A stretch of DNA of 64,000 nt, taken from the NCBI GenBank assembly GCA_004022145.1, contig RCNU01000014.1; one strand, given 5' to 3'. Positions within the stretch are counted from its first letter, which is position 1. Each line of letters begins with the position of its first letter. Position numbers and translations under genes: made by a program. This stretch comes from Paecilomyces variotii (lineage: Eukaryota). The notes beneath the pieces are model-generated. The model searched no databases and was not told where the DNA came from. It saw only the letters and a list, made by a program, of their open reading frames with translations. Positions 47,883-60,716 of this stretch are shown here, in pieces.

Positions 47883-50049
47883 ACCGGTTGTCCTCGTCTC
47901 CGTATTGAGGAGGTTTTATCTTCACTTCTCATGTGTAAATCTCCTTGGGGATCTATTTTGATTCATATATAATGTCTCTGCTGTATGACCGGAGTCGCTG
48001 GTGGACCGATTCGTCTTGCTGCCCTATGACAAAGCTAGGTGTTATTGTTGACTCGGGTCGCATGCATTTCTTTTTGAACATATATAATGGATGAAATAGA
48101 CAATGTTTTTGATCGTCAATCGGTCAGGACACCGATGGGTTACTAGCCGTCCGGGTCAATTGGTCGCGAATACGGCGCTGGGAAATAGCCTACCTGCAAG
48201 AAATCCCACCGCATTGGGTGGGTATCTGAGTCTCATGATGAGTTTTCAATTTCTTTGAAGAAAATACAAGTTCCTTTTTTTCTCCACGGATTATATTTCT
48301 ATATGTTTATCGACAGAATGCTGTACCTATTCGTCCTGTAGGTAATGATTCATGACACTTCAAGTTTAACCGTGCTCTGTTCCTCGAGTCCGACCTTGCT
48401 GCTATCCTCAGACCTCTCTATACAGAACTGATTATTTCCTAGTTCGGAAATATGTACTCCTTTAGCCATTCTGATCCGCTGGATACACGGTGACGTCTTT
48501 CCCCCACAGTACTACTACTGTCCCTAACTAGCCTGGCAAATAACTCCGGCTCTCTGCTTTTCCGAACCTATATTCCGGTGGCATTATTATTCCGAAGCTG
48601 CACGGAATACTCCGTACTCAGGGCGGTGAACTTTCTCAGACAAGGGGATGGCAGAAAGCACGAGAGTCCTGATTTAATCATGTCACATTTATTATTAGCG
48701 GCAACCCCCTTGAACACTAAACAAACAACACTTCATCTTGGGATTCACGGCATTTAATACCTCTCTTAAGAACCAAAATCACAGGCAACCCTACACTCCT
48801 CCCTTGCGTGCTCAGCCTCTTTGATGAAACATTGACAAATAAGATCTGTGGCGCAGAACGCTAAAGCACGGACGAGATCTCGCATCCGCGCGGGTAGTGG
48901 AGTTGGAGGAGACGGCTCGGAGATTTCCCCTTGCTAGAACCGTGCACTGTGTGGTGATAAGTGACCATGTTGGGTGTCGGGAACTTAGCTGTCGCTGTCG
49001 CTAAAATAATGTTGCTGTGTGAAGTATGCTGAACAGTTGTCCTAACAAGTGCATAACTGACAAGTTGTTAAGGTACCTAAGACAAAGAGAAATGATGGAA
49101 GATACCTCTCTTCTTGAATCTCCGGAAAATTGGCAATAACATGCTGCCGCTCTGTATCATTGTTGGCTGTGGTCTTCAGTTTTGGTGGTCTTCCACCGCT
49201 CTCTGGATCAAGCATCCTTGAACAGAAACATATGTCATGCGTAATCCCGCAGTGCTGTCCGCGATAATTCTGGCCTGAATCCATGAGGCTAGACAAGTGA
49301 AACTTCTGACACGAGCTATACATAGTTGCCGGTCAGCCTGGCCGGACTGCTCAGGAACCATGAAATTTCCGACGGAAGGGTTCTATGCAATTCGTTATTA
49401 TTCTCCGATATTGGATTCCAAGGATGAAAACTTACTCGGCAGCAAATGGCAAGGATGCCATACAGACAGCTTTGTGGAGATCGAAATAGCTATCCAACGA
49501 CCGTGCAATGTGGCTGGTTAAGCGGCAGGAATATCCGCGAGCTAATATGAGATCCACCTCCAAGCGCATCCTGGATCTGATATTTCGAGGCCAGCTGAAA
49601 GTCTTGGTCGCTTATTCGTCCATGATAAGTCGGCTCAATGTTGCCAAGAAGGATAGTTAGGAGTTCCCAACCCCAGCAGTGGCTGTCCTTTGCTTGCTCC
49701 GTTGCCCTGGATTGACTCGGACCAGTTTAGGATGACTGGGGGGCGGAAAGAAAGACCTTTTTCCCTTTCCTCATTTATGCCACAGGTCCCTACGATCGTG
49801 GGGAATGGAGAAAGGCGTAGGAAAGTCCGCTGTCATAGAGAACTCAGCCTAGTCTTCCGTGAGACGCAAATTCCGTGTGCTTTTCCTTCGATGCTGTGCC
49901 TGAGGTGTTCCTATGTGCCTTCTTGTTTCTCGTGAACAAACCCAATTGGGACCATGAGATGTGCTCCTTCCCTGGTAGGAGCTTCCTGCAGGCACAGCAT
50001 CCCTCCTCCCACGCCCTCGTCCTCGTCTTGGTCTCCTCGTCTCCCGTCT

Positions 50050-50095
50050 CTTCATCATCCTCTTCATCCTCTTCATCCTCTTCATCCTCTTCATT
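50050..50095. repeat. 9-bp minisatellite (CTTCATCCT, about x4)
   Basis: cttcatcatcctcttcatcctcttcatcctcttcatcctcttcatt upstream of the RRM gene. Confidence 0.8.
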
Positions 50096-50703
50096 CTCAT
50101 CATCTCATCTCCAGTTCTCCATCTTCCTTGCCAGCTCTCAGCTGATTGCATCTCTCTGCCCTTATTTACCTTATCCGTGCTCATCTGCACTACCTCTACT
50201 GTAGCCTCACTTTACTCTCGTTCTTCTCTAGTCGATCCGGCGATCATTTACCTCACCTGGTTATTGAAGCTCAGGTGGACTGGCTTCGCCATCCATCTGA
50301 CGTCTTTGCTATATCCATCCAGACATTCCGTAAGTTTTATCCATCGGAGCTCAAGAACCAATGTCCTTCGTTCTGCTTGGTTCTTTTGGCCCGACCCAAT
50401 CTGCTGACGTTGGGTCCCAACAAGCAGGGAGGATCAAGACCGGTCTTCTTCCTGTTTTTTTAAAAGTTCGTTCAGAAGATTGAGTAGTCGAGGTAAGGAT
50501 ACCACTGTCTGCTTCAAATCTATTCCTCCTCCGTGATCAGAGACTCTCGGTACTTTGTTCCGTATTGTTTGTTTTGCTGCACCTGTAATATGATTTCATC
50601 TGTACTTCGTCTGCGGCAGAGAATGAACATACTGCTGTTATTGCCTTTGCCGATGATATACGGGGAAATGAGACTAACATCATACTCAATGGGTGCGTTC
50701 AAG

Positions 50704-52851
50704 ATGTCTTCCGTTCACAACCAGGGCCAACAGCCACAGGTGGTTTCGAGTGATGGAAACCACAATCAGCAGTTCCAATCGACTTATCGCCAGGATGTTC
50801 AGCCTGCTATCACTTATGGTACCGGCCAAGGCTATGCTCAGGTGTCAATGAACAATGGCCGTGATACCAATATCCCAGGTTTGACTCACCTACTTGGAGG
50901 CTTGAACCTCCCGAATCAGCGCCCCGGCGCCAAGTATGGTGCTGTCAAGGGCAGCATGCCAGGACCTATGGGACCTAATATTGAAATCAATGGAGTCCAA
51001 CGTCCTCCTTACAATGGACAACTCATGCTTGTTCCAGGTGGCCCTATGTACGGTGGCATGCCGCAGGGACCCCCCTACACTCAGGCCCAGTATCCTGGCC
51101 ATGACCAGATGAGTCCAATGCACTATATGCCCACTGGAGTCTATCCAGGCTATGTGGCTGGTGCGCCCATGATCCCAGGCCCTATTCAGCAGTATGTCTC
51201 TATATTACCCCGTTGTGGAAGGTTGTGGAACTAACTATAACAGCAACGCCTGGACTCCCCCCGAGGAGAATGGTCCAGCTACTCCCATGGTCGATGCTAG
51301 TGGTCACATGGAGTATTATCCTATGGATCGTTCCACTTATATGGGATACGCTTATCATACACCTCCTCCCCAGGTGCCACAGCCGTATCTTCCTTACCAA
51401 ATGATGAAGAGTCCCAGTGGCTACGTGCTTCAGGACCTTGACGCTCTGACTCAACAGGATCCGCCAATTCCGCGCGCGGTCCCTGCAATGTGGACTAATC
51501 CTTCCGACCTTACCCTTGCAAAGTGTCTAGAGAACCGCGAAGGTATCACTAATGTGTACATCCGTGGTTTCCTTCCGGAAACGACTGATGAGATTCTGCA
51601 TGCTTATGCCTCTCGCTTCGGAAAAATCGATCGTTGCAAGGCCATAGTTGACCTGGAGACAGGTCTTTGCAAGGGGTCAGCCACACTCAGCCACACAATT
51701 GAATCGTATTAACTCGTGCTTACTTGGAGTAGGTTTGGCTTTGTCCAGTTTTTCAATTTCGACTCCTGCGAAAACTGTATTCGCGGCTTCTTCCATCTCG
51801 GATACCAAGCTAGCTTTGCTCAGGTATGAGCTGTCGTCTGATCTAATCTACAATGGTCTCTCATATTGTCCAGAAATCTCGCAACTCGCGCCTCAAGGAT
51901 CTGGAGGACAAATCTTCCGCAAACATCTATTGTACCAATGTCCCCATAGACTGGACCGAGGCCGTAAGTGAAGCGATTCTGGCTGCCTGGTATTGCCATG
52001 ATTGTTAATATCTATTTTTACAGGATCTTCGTCGTCATTTCCAGCCGTACCATGTTATCTCCGAGAAGATCAGTCGTGATGAGAAGACTGGTGTGAGTAA
52101 GGAAGTGGGATTCGCTCGGTAAGGAAACTCCATCCGTTAATGCGATGCACATCTGACGTGACTTATCTTCTGCCCAGATTCGAGTCCCGTGAGATCGCAG
52201 AGAAGGTCTTAGCTGAATTCCACAACGTGACTGGCAAGGACGGTGTAAAGCTGCTCCTTCGTTTCGCAGACACGAAAGCCCAAAAGCTTCTTAAGCAGCA
52301 GAGCAATGAGCGCCGTGCCTACCGTGCGGGTGAATATAACTACTCTGTCGAGGTAGTCCAGGGATCTACTCCATCCCCTTCCTTGAATCGTCTTCAGCAG
52401 ACAACCTCTCACCTGAGCCCGAACTCTCAGGTTAGCTACCCGTCTCCGATCGGGGTCGGCCCTGTCTGGACACCTGCCACCTCCATCTCGCCGTCGTAAG
52501 TTGAATTAGAATGATCGCACCTGATTATATCACCTGGCTGACGCTTATAGTGGTCCGTTGATGAAGAATTCAATGAGCAACTATCGTATGAACTCTTGGC
52601 CATCTCGCACTCCTTTGGCCAATATGGAGAATACGCCCGTCTACCGTGGGCGCATCTCCTCTATGAACCGCAACCAGAACCCGGACAATGTTTCGGTTAG
52701 CTCCTCGAAGACTGCCCTCCCGATGTCTTCGCAGCCAATCATCAAGGCAGAGACCCCGAGTCCCAAGAAGGAGAACATGAAGGCCGGTTCTCTCTCACCT
52801 ATTCCGTCCCACAAGGAAGTGATCCTGTCTACTCCGAAGTCTTGCATGTGA
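50704..52851 (+). CDS. Two-RRM RNA-binding protein (MSSP/RBMS-like); multi-exon
   Basis: P/Q/M/Y-rich N-terminus, TNVYIRGFLPETTDE, spliced CKG-FGFVQF, DLEDKSSANIYCTN, KEVGFAR-FESRE and LLLRFADTKAQK. Confidence 0.88.
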
Positions 52852-53509
52852 GACACAACCTGAGGCACAACCGACCTCAAGGTATCCTCAATTCGACTCT
52901 TTTTCATAATTCTGTTTTGCAGCAGGAAGCGATAATTCCGACGCAAACACACAACTATAAACTGTATGCACTTATGACCGACTACGATGTTATGTTGAGC
53001 AGCTTTTCAGACCAGATGAGCGTGTCGAAGATATGTCTTATTTGTTCTCATCAAGACATGTATTGCAACTGGGATGTACAATTATGCGGTTCTATTTGTC
53101 ATCTGGTGATGGGTAACGGGCTGTTAAAGGTGTAGGCGCCTTGTTTGATGTTTGTGTCTCGGAGTTGTTATCACGGGGAGGCTCCCAAAAGTTGATTGTG
53201 TTTCGAGAGCTACGGCGTACTTCTCTGGGGAGAAGGATTATGGAGTTTTATTTCCAGTATTTGTTACAAGGGCCTGTCTCAATAATGAAATTGTAAACTA
53301 GCTTAACATAGCTGATAATGAGACCCGTCATCCCACATAGGTCTATTTGTAGAGGTATATGAATATATATCCCAAATCTTGAATTAGCAGAATCCAGAAC
53401 GATATAATGCCGACATGTCTATATGCACCGAGAGAACCGACCGTCTCCTCCCACCTTGGTACCCGAGCGCCCAACTACTTAGCTAGCCAAGACAGTTACC
53501 GAGATTCAA

Positions 53510-54424
53510 TCAATGTCGGCCTAGCCTTTCTTCCTGGTCATCCATCAATTCGTACGCCGGACGGTAGCGCTGGTCGTTAGCATCTTCTGCGGTCTTCAGC
53601 TTTGGATTTGGATGGGTGTTACTCGTGCCACCCAGGCTGGTGAAGCCTTGATCATATAGCGAGCAATAGTCGATGCCCAGGCGTCGGATAAAGGCCCAGA
53701 TCTCGGCATAGTGCCAGTCAATCACAGGATGTATGCGCATAAAGTCCGGCCACCCATGGTCTGTCCGATCAAAATGCGTCAACTTTGCACCGTGGGGATC
53801 TGTCCGCCTCGTGCCGACGAAGATGGCCTTGACATTGGGATTGAGTGTCAGGTAGCTTGCGAATGCCGACCGCAAGGTGGTCTTGGGCGGCTCGGTCGTA
53901 TAGCGCGTCAGACTGAGATGATACATTCGCGACGAGGACCGGACGAAATCCTCGACCAAGGGAAATGGATCCGGTGGCAGCGCATAGATGGCAGGAATGG
54001 TAGAAATGCCGCCGTCCGCGGGGCCAGGGAGCGGATGTAAGCCGGCGAGGAAGAGGATGAGCAGGACGAGACAGTCCTTGCCGCCATTATAGGAGAGGGA
54101 GAGTTCGCTGATCTTATACTGTGCTCGCGCGCGCTCGATGACCGATAACGAGATTCGAGTCTGCTCTTGGACGCGAGCGAGCAGCGAGTCTGGAGGATGG
54201 GATTCGGCGAGGAAGCTATGCACGCGACTGTGGAGATCGGCCGCGACGGCGCTGAGGGGAGGAGGAGGTGGTAATTGAGCGTCTTTCTCATGTGAGCATT
54301 CGGGCTCTGGGTCCGGAAGTTGTTCTAGACATGGTGGCACCGTAGTCGTTTCTGTGAGGGTTGAAGAGGCGTTGTGGTTGTGGTTATGATTCTGGTGGTG
54401 GTTCTGCACACCGTTGGCGAGCAT
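53510..54424 (-). CDS. FAD1: FAD synthetase (FMN adenylyltransferase, PAPS-reductase fold)
   Basis: LSYNGGKDCLVLL, VGTRRTDPHG, WPDFMRIHPVIDW, LYDQGFTSLG and ERLGR. Confidence 0.93.
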   Translation of the reverse strand: MLANGVQNHHQNHNHNHNASSTLTETTTVPPCLEQLPDPEPECSHEKDAQLPPPPPLSAVAADLHSRVHSFLAESHPPDSLLARVQEQTRISLSVIERARAQYKISELSLSYNGGKDCLVLLILFLAGLHPLPGPADGGISTIPAIYALPPDPFPLVEDFVRSSSRMYHLSLTRYTTEPPKTTLRSAFASYLTLNPNVKAIFVGTRRTDPHGAKLTHFDRTDHGWPDFMRIHPVIDWHYAEIWAFIRRLGIDYCSLYDQGFTSLGGTSNTHPNPKLKTAEDANDQRYRPAYELMDDQEERLGRH

Positions 54425-55284
54425 TGTGACGTTGCGGGATAATCTAGCAGCGGCGACGATACCAGGACGAGTTTCTCATCACGAATAATAGATGATCTTC
54501 TTTTTTCTTCTTCTTCTTCTTTTCCTCTTTTGTCTTTTTTTCCTTCTTCATGCAAAAGAAAAGAAGTGTAGATCGTTTATTTCTTATTGCGGGGAAAGTC
54601 AAGAAGCTGAGAGAAGAGTAGGGAAAATGTCCCGAGGGGTTAAACGCATTCATTGCTTTAAGAGTCGAGACCCTCGGGGCGGCGCGGAGAAGGGCCAAAT
54701 CGGTAGTTAATATGTATGTGTCTTTTTTCCTTAAGGGAAAGAAAAATAAAAAAATACGAGAAGAGATATACTATCTCACCAATCCCGTCTCTCCTCTTTT
54801 TCTAACTTCCCCGTTTAGTTTCCGTGGTCTCTCATTCTTGCCCCTCTTTAGTTTGAGGAGGCGTTGGAGTCATTCATTTTCTCGGGCCGGTTAACTAATT
54901 AAGACGATCAGCGAGCGAACCTTCTGGAGCCCCGCGATGGTTGTTGCGGCTGTTGTTTACCTTTTGAGGATATTATTATTATTATATGGAGATCAAGTAC
55001 TTATGTACAAAGCTGGAGTTGGGTTCTGAGATTTAAGATCGGAGATTTGCTGGGTGAGTCTCCTGGACTATGTATGTATGTACATACCTGTACGTACAGT
55101 ACATGAGAATAACCGGTTGAAGTGAATAATATCTAGTGGATAGCAGAGGGCGTGGGAAAAATATGGACTGCGATTTTGATTCCTCAGTAGGGTATTATTA
55201 TAATCATACAACTAATTAATCTGCCTCTTTTCCTTGACGCCTAGTGAGACCCCGAGCAACGCTGGAAACGACTTCTGGCAGGCT

Positions 55285-56072
55285 TCATCCCAGCACTTTC
55301 ATCTTTTTCTTCTTCTTGCCTCCCTCCCCCTTATCCTTCTTATGGCCTTTCTGCCAATCCCTCCAGCTGCCGATTCTCTCGTCGCGCGTGTTCTCCCATG
55401 CGTCCTGCGCCTCGCGCTTCCGTTTCCGCTCCGCCAGCTCCTCTTCCTCCTTGCGCTGCTGCCGTCCCTCTTCCTGCAGGCGCGCCTTCATCTGTCGTCG
55501 CCGTCGCGCTTCTTCTTCCAGCAGCACCTCGACTGTCTTCTTCCGCCATTCCTTCTTGAACTCCTCCGTCTTGAGCTCGGGCGAGTCGAGCGTGTACTTG
55601 TGCTCTCGAATCAGGAGCCGGCGAGCGTCCGCAATACATTCGTCGAGGTACTCGCGCGCCTTTTCGTCTAGTAATGTCGTCTGTGCCTTCTTGAGCCGGT
55701 CGAAAGCGTCCGGAGCGGCGGGATTCTTGGTCTTATCCGGGTGGATGAGAAGAGATTTCTTGCGATACTGGAGCTTGATGTCGGATTCAGGCACTCCGGG
55801 CTGGAGATCGAGGACGGCGTAGCTGTAGCAGGTTGGAAGGAAGATTAGTATTCATATACAATGTCTTCTCTAGCAATGGTGTATTCGATAATTAGCGAGG
55901 GGGTCTACTTACGCATCGAGTGAGAAGGCATTTCGAATCCTGTCGATCTCCGCATCCTGAGGTCGCGTGTCAGCAGTCTTGCCTCGCGGCTTGGAACATG
56001 ATGCCATACCTTCTGGAACTCGGATGCTTCCCTCTCGAGAGCATCGAGCGCATCAATCTCGTCATCAGGCAT
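55285..56072 (-). CDS. DnaJ-domain protein (Spf31/DNAJC8-like); 3 exons
   Basis: MPDDEIDALDALEREASEFQK-DAEIDRIRNAFSLD-YAVLDL, YRKKSLLIHPDK and WENTRDERIGSWR. Confidence 0.9.
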
Positions 56073-56328
56073 CTCGAGATAGTCGTCCGCCGGTAACAGA
56101 GGATGTCCAAGCGCAGCAAGAGTAGCTTCTTCGTTCTCCAACCGGTGTGGGGAAGATTGACGCTCTTATTCGGTCTTGAGGTGGTTCAACTTAGTTATCT
56201 TATCGCGGAGATGACTAAGCACGACCGGCAAAGAAAAAAAGTCGCGGAGAAAGAGAGAAAATCACGCCGAAGCAGACTGGAAAGTTGGACGAAACCACAA
56301 ACAACCGTCAAGAGGAGCAGAAGACAAT

Positions 56329-58734
56329 ATGGCTCCTGCGCGCGGTGGCCATCATGGCAAAACGAACAAGCCTGTCCGCACGACAGCAAGGACCCTGAAG
56401 CGCAAGCGTGGTGAGGAGGAACTCGAGTCGCTCAACCAGCGCGTGGAGGAGCTGGATCCCAAGAACAGACTCGAGTCGTTTTCCGAACTGCCTCTCTCTG
56501 AACCCACGGCTGCTGGACTGGAGGCCTCTCACTACAAGGCCCTGACGGATATTCAGTCTCGTGCGATTCCATATGCGCTCAAGGGCCGCGATATTCTGGG
56601 AGCTGCAAAGACCGGTAGTGGTAAGACGCTTGCGTTCATCGTCCCGATGCTCGAGAACCTATATCGCAAAAGATGGACCGAATATGATGGACTTGGCGCT
56701 CTGATCCTCTCCCCGACCCGTGAATTGGCTATCCAGATCTTCGAAGTCCTCCGGAAAGTCGGACGAAACCATACTTTGTCTGCAGGTCTGGTCATTGGTG
56801 GAAAGAGTCTGAAGGAAGAACAAGAAAGATTGGGAAGGATGAATATCCTGGTCTGCACGCCCGGACGAATGCTGCAGCATCTGGACCAGACGGCCTCGTT
56901 CGATACGTACAATCTCCAGATGCTGATCCTAGATGAAGCGGATCGGATTATGGACATGGGTTTCCAGCACACCGTTGACGCTATTATCGATCACCTGCCC
57001 AAGGAACGACAGACGATGCTTTTCAGCGCTACGCAGACGAACAAAGTCTCGGATCTCGCACGGCTGAGTCTGCAGGACCCCGAGTACGTTGCGGTCCATG
57101 AGACTGCTTCTAGTGCAACACCGTCGACTCTGCAGCAACACTACGTCGTCACGCCACTGCCTCAGAAGTTGGATACCCTGTGGAGTTTCATCCGCAGCAA
57201 CTTGAAATCCAAGACGATTGTGTTCTTCTCGTCGGGAAAGCAAGTGCGGTTTGTCTACGAATCCTTTAGACACATGCAGCCGGGTATCCCATTGTTGCAT
57301 TTGCACGGACGTCAAAAGCAAGGAGGAAGACTAGATATCACAGCCAGGTTTTCAGCGTCGAAGTCCTCCGTTCTATTTGCTACGGATGTCGCAGCACGAG
57401 GATTGGACTTTCCTGCGGTGGACTGGGTTATTCAGGCTGATTGCCCTGAAGATGCGGATACTTACATTCATCGAGTTGGCCGTACGGCGCGCTACGAACG
57501 TAACGGACGTGCGGTTCTGTTCCTGGAGCCTAGCGAGGAAGAGGGGATGCTGAAGCGCCTGGAGCAGAAGAAGGTGCCTATCGAGCGCATCAATATCAAG
57601 GCGAAGAAGCAGCAGAGCATCAAGAACCAGTTGCAGAACATGTGTTTCAAGGACCCGGAGTTGAAGTACTTGGGTCAAAAGGCGTTCATCTCTTACGTCA
57701 AGTCGGTCCACATCCAGAAAGACAAGGAAGTCTTCAAGGTCAAGGAGCTGCCCTTGGAGGAATTCGCTGCTAGCTTGGGTCTACCCGGTGCTCCTCGAAT
57801 CAAGTTCATCAAGGGAGAGGACACCAAGTCAGCCAAGAACAAGCCGCGAGCGCTGAGAGAATTGTCCAGCAGCGGCGAGTCAGATGAGGAGGGTGACAAG
57901 AAGAAGGAGAAGGAGAAGAAGGTCCGTACGAAGTACGATCGTATGTTCGAGCGACGCAACATGGACGTTCTGGCGGAACATCACACCAAGCTGATCAACG
58001 ATGACGGAACGGCCGTTGATGGAGCAGCGGAGGATGAGGAGGATGATGAGGATTTCCTCTCTGTCAAGCGCCGCTTCGATGCCGGCGACAAGCAGCTCGA
58101 CGATGCCGTCTCGAATCTCAACATCAAAGACAAGGACGTCAAGGTGGTTAATCTCAGCGGTAATGAGCCGCTCATCATCGACTCTAAGCGCCGTGAAAAG
58201 CTTCTAAAATCCAAGAAGAAACTGCTCAAGTACATGGGCAAGGGAACCAAGCTCATCTACGACGAAGACGGCAACCCTCACGAGGTCTACGAGCTAGAGG
58301 ACGAGGAGAAGTTCAGGGCAGCAGGAGCACCAGAGGAACAACGTGCCAAGTTCCTCGAAACCGAAGCCGAGAGGACCCAGCGGGCAGATCTCGAGGACAA
58401 GGAGATCGCCAAACAGAAGCGCAGGGAGAAGAAGGAGAAACGCAAGGCGCGCGAGCGCGAATTGGCTATGGCGGAAGAAGAAACCGAACCGGTTGCCACG
58501 CTGGCCCCATTCGAAGGCGAGGATGGAGCAGAGGCAGACCACATGTCATCCGAAGAGGAAGAAGAACGACACCCTCCGGCCAAGAAGCAGAAGAAGTGGT
58601 TCCAAGATGCTTCCGAAGACGAAGACCAAGCACGCGGCTCCAAGGGAAAGAAAGGCAAAAACCAGCGTGCGGAGCCGATGGAAGTCGAGACATTGGAGGA
58701 TCTCGAAGCTCTCGCTACCGGACTACTTGGTTAG
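56329..58734 (+). CDS. DBP4: DEAD-box RNA helicase DBP4 (801 aa, intronless)
   Basis: [52 protein letters not shown] and [12 protein letters not shown]. Confidence 0.96.
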   Translation: MAPARGGHHGKTNKPVRTTARTLKRKRGEEELESLNQRVEELDPKNRLESFSELPLSEPTAAGLEASHYKALTDIQSRAIPYALKGRDILGAAKTGSGKTLAFIVPMLENLYRKRWTEYDGLGALILSPTRELAIQIFEVLRKVGRNHTLSAGLVIGGKSLKEEQERLGRMNILVCTPGRMLQHLDQTASFDTYNLQMLILDEADRIMDMGFQHTVDAIIDHLPKERQTMLFSATQTNKVSDLARLSLQDPEYVAVHETASSATPSTLQQHYVVTPLPQKLDTLWSFIRSNLKSKTIVFFSSGKQVRFVYESFRHMQPGIPLLHLHGRQKQGGRLDITARFSASKSSVLFATDVAARGLDFPAVDWVIQADCPEDADTYIHRVGRTARYERNGRAVLFLEPSEEEGMLKRLEQKKVPIERINIKAKKQQSIKNQLQNMCFKDPELKYLGQKAFISYVKSVHIQKDKEVFKVKELPLEEFAASLGLPGAPRIKFIKGEDTKSAKNKPRALRELSSSGESDEEGDKKKEKEKKVRTKYDRMFERRNMDVLAEHHTKLINDDGTAVDGAAEDEEDDEDFLSVKRRFDAGDKQLDDAVSNLNIKDKDVKVVNLSGNEPLIIDSKRREKLLKSKKKLLKYMGKGTKLIYDEDGNPHEVYELEDEEKFRAAGAPEEQRAKFLETEAERTQRADLEDKEIAKQKRREKKEKRKARERELAMAEEETEPVATLAPFEGEDGAEADHMSSEEEEERHPPAKKQKKWFQDASEDEDQARGSKGKKGKNQRAEPMEVETLEDLEALATGLLG

Positions 58735-59392
58735 AGATGACGGGATTAAAAACCATTGTCGGTCCGACATATCCCTCCTCCCTGCTAGCCTTTTCTTTTT
58801 TCTTTCTTTCTACTTGTATGGCGTACATTTGTTGTATTTACTCGCTGTCGATATATCCCTCTGTTGTGCATATTAGCGTTTGCGGACGGCATATTCATCT
58901 CATGGAGAGGAAGGGAAAAGTTATCAGTTATTTATAGGGGTTAATTGTCTATAAACCAGAACATTTGCATCAATTTGCCATGTCTTTCTAGTCTTCGATT
59001 GTATCCCCGAACTCACTACAGTTAGAGCGTATGTTCCTGAAGATGCAATCTTTGGTGACCTTTTTGCCATATTCAATATTCTGGGGCCCATCTTGGGCTA
59101 TAGTCCCGTCGCACCTACCTACCAGTACGAAGTACTTAGCCCAAACACAAGCAAGCTGAATGGTCAGTCCATCTTCCAATAAGCAACTACAGTACAATAG
59201 CGCCGCATATAGCTAGAACAGCCAATAAGACAGGATGGCGCTGTTAGTTCAAAGAGAATCTATTTTAGGAAAATAACTGATTACCCCTCGCAATAACAAT
59301 AATAATAGCTACTTATATAAGCTACAACCACCATATACATACTCTCGAGACCCTAAATTACTATACATACACTTCCTGCACCATCATCCAAC

Positions 59393-59806
59393 ATGCCTCC
59401 AACCACCGGCCTATACATTGCTTTCTACAACGACCCAGACAGCGTCTACAAACACTGGGCCCTATTCATCGACGGCCCCACTCACACCGATAAAACCATC
59501 CTCAACATCATGGGTTCGTCGACACGATACCGATTTGAAATGAGAACTTCAAACCCTCGCCAAGAGCAGAATCTCTTGGAACTATTCTATCTATGTGATA
59601 TCGACACTTCCAGGATCAGCGCTATCAAACATATTGCTGAGAATGAGGTGGTGATTCACAATGAATATCCGGGATATAATTGTCAGGATTATGTGCTGGA
59701 GGTTTTGGAGGAGTTGGAGAGTAGAGGGATTGTTGATGGGGATGGGGATGGGGGTTATGGACAGAGGAAGGAGGAGCTTGTGAGGAGACAAGAGGGGTTG
59801 ATGTAG
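59393..59806 (+). CDS. Small fungal hypothetical protein (137 aa) with HWALF...NCQDY motifs (DUF6540-like)
   Basis: Clean ATG-to-stop ORF with an upstream TATAA; motif pattern typical of a small fungal family. Confidence 0.75.
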   Translation: MPPTTGLYIAFYNDPDSVYKHWALFIDGPTHTDKTILNIMGSSTRYRFEMRTSNPRQEQNLLELFYLCDIDTSRISAIKHIAENEVVIHNEYPGYNCQDYVLEVLEELESRGIVDGDGDGGYGQRKEELVRRQEGLM

Positions 59807-60716
59807 ATTCTTCTCCGCATTATTATTATTATTATCGATCTATTCTCCAGATCACTAGTACACTTCTGTTTCTGGTATTATTGGTGTGTTTTGTTTTAAT
59901 ATGTTTTCATGTTGCAGTTTCTATATCGGAATAGCCGGATTTTTGTTAGAACCCCTTCGCTTACTTAGCTTATCTATAAGGTAGGTAGGTACGTCCATAA
60001 TGTCGATAGTGGCAATAATGTATGACAAGATCGCTCATTAACTAGATCAGTAGTGTCCATTCCATGGGCCAATGTGAAATCATTTGGGTAATTCTTCCTG
60101 CTTGCATTTCTCACAATTGGAAGTTGGATGCATACCGACTACTTGAACTGTCTCTGGAAATCGCGATATGATCTAGACCGTAAATCGGCATTGCGCCGGG
60201 GGAGATCTTTCGCATTTTCCTCAAGATCTAGTGCGTCGAGTACTTGTGAGATGGGGGAGGTCTTGAAGATGCTTTCTGACAGGCCTTGTTTGAGTCGTTT
60301 TCAATTGCCGAGATAGATCTTCTCCAGAGTGAATACTTGCTCTCTTATGATTGTTTCCGTTTGGGGGATTCCTTCTTTGTCCTGGCTACCGGGTGGTTCC
60401 ATACCGTGAGCTTATTTTGGCTAAAGTATGGAAATCGAGAATCTCGTCATGTAGCTGAAGCGAGTTCAGATATGACCAATGAGCAAGATCAGATGGGATT
60501 CGAGAGGGTAGTATCAAGTGGAATGAAGGTTAAGTGGGATGAAAGTGAGTGGGATTAAATAAGATCAAAGTTCTTGTTGTGACCATCTACGGTATTAGTC
60601 AGATGTCTATGCAGACTTTAAAATCAAGAAGACTCAGCAATGATCTAGCAGTGGTATTAATTATCCGATAAGTAAAGCAAATCCACCGACTCCAAGTCAG
60701 TACTCCGTTCCAGTAT

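Noticed and set aside
45726-54424. P450 reductase and FAD synthetase proximity as a flavin cluster
   Set aside because: Both are housekeeping genes separated by an unrelated gene; there is no evidence of functional clustering.
60139-60381. 80-codon minus frame with one internal stop (DKEGIPQTETIIREQVF...)
   Set aside because: Too short, with no recognisable motif; it may be chance.
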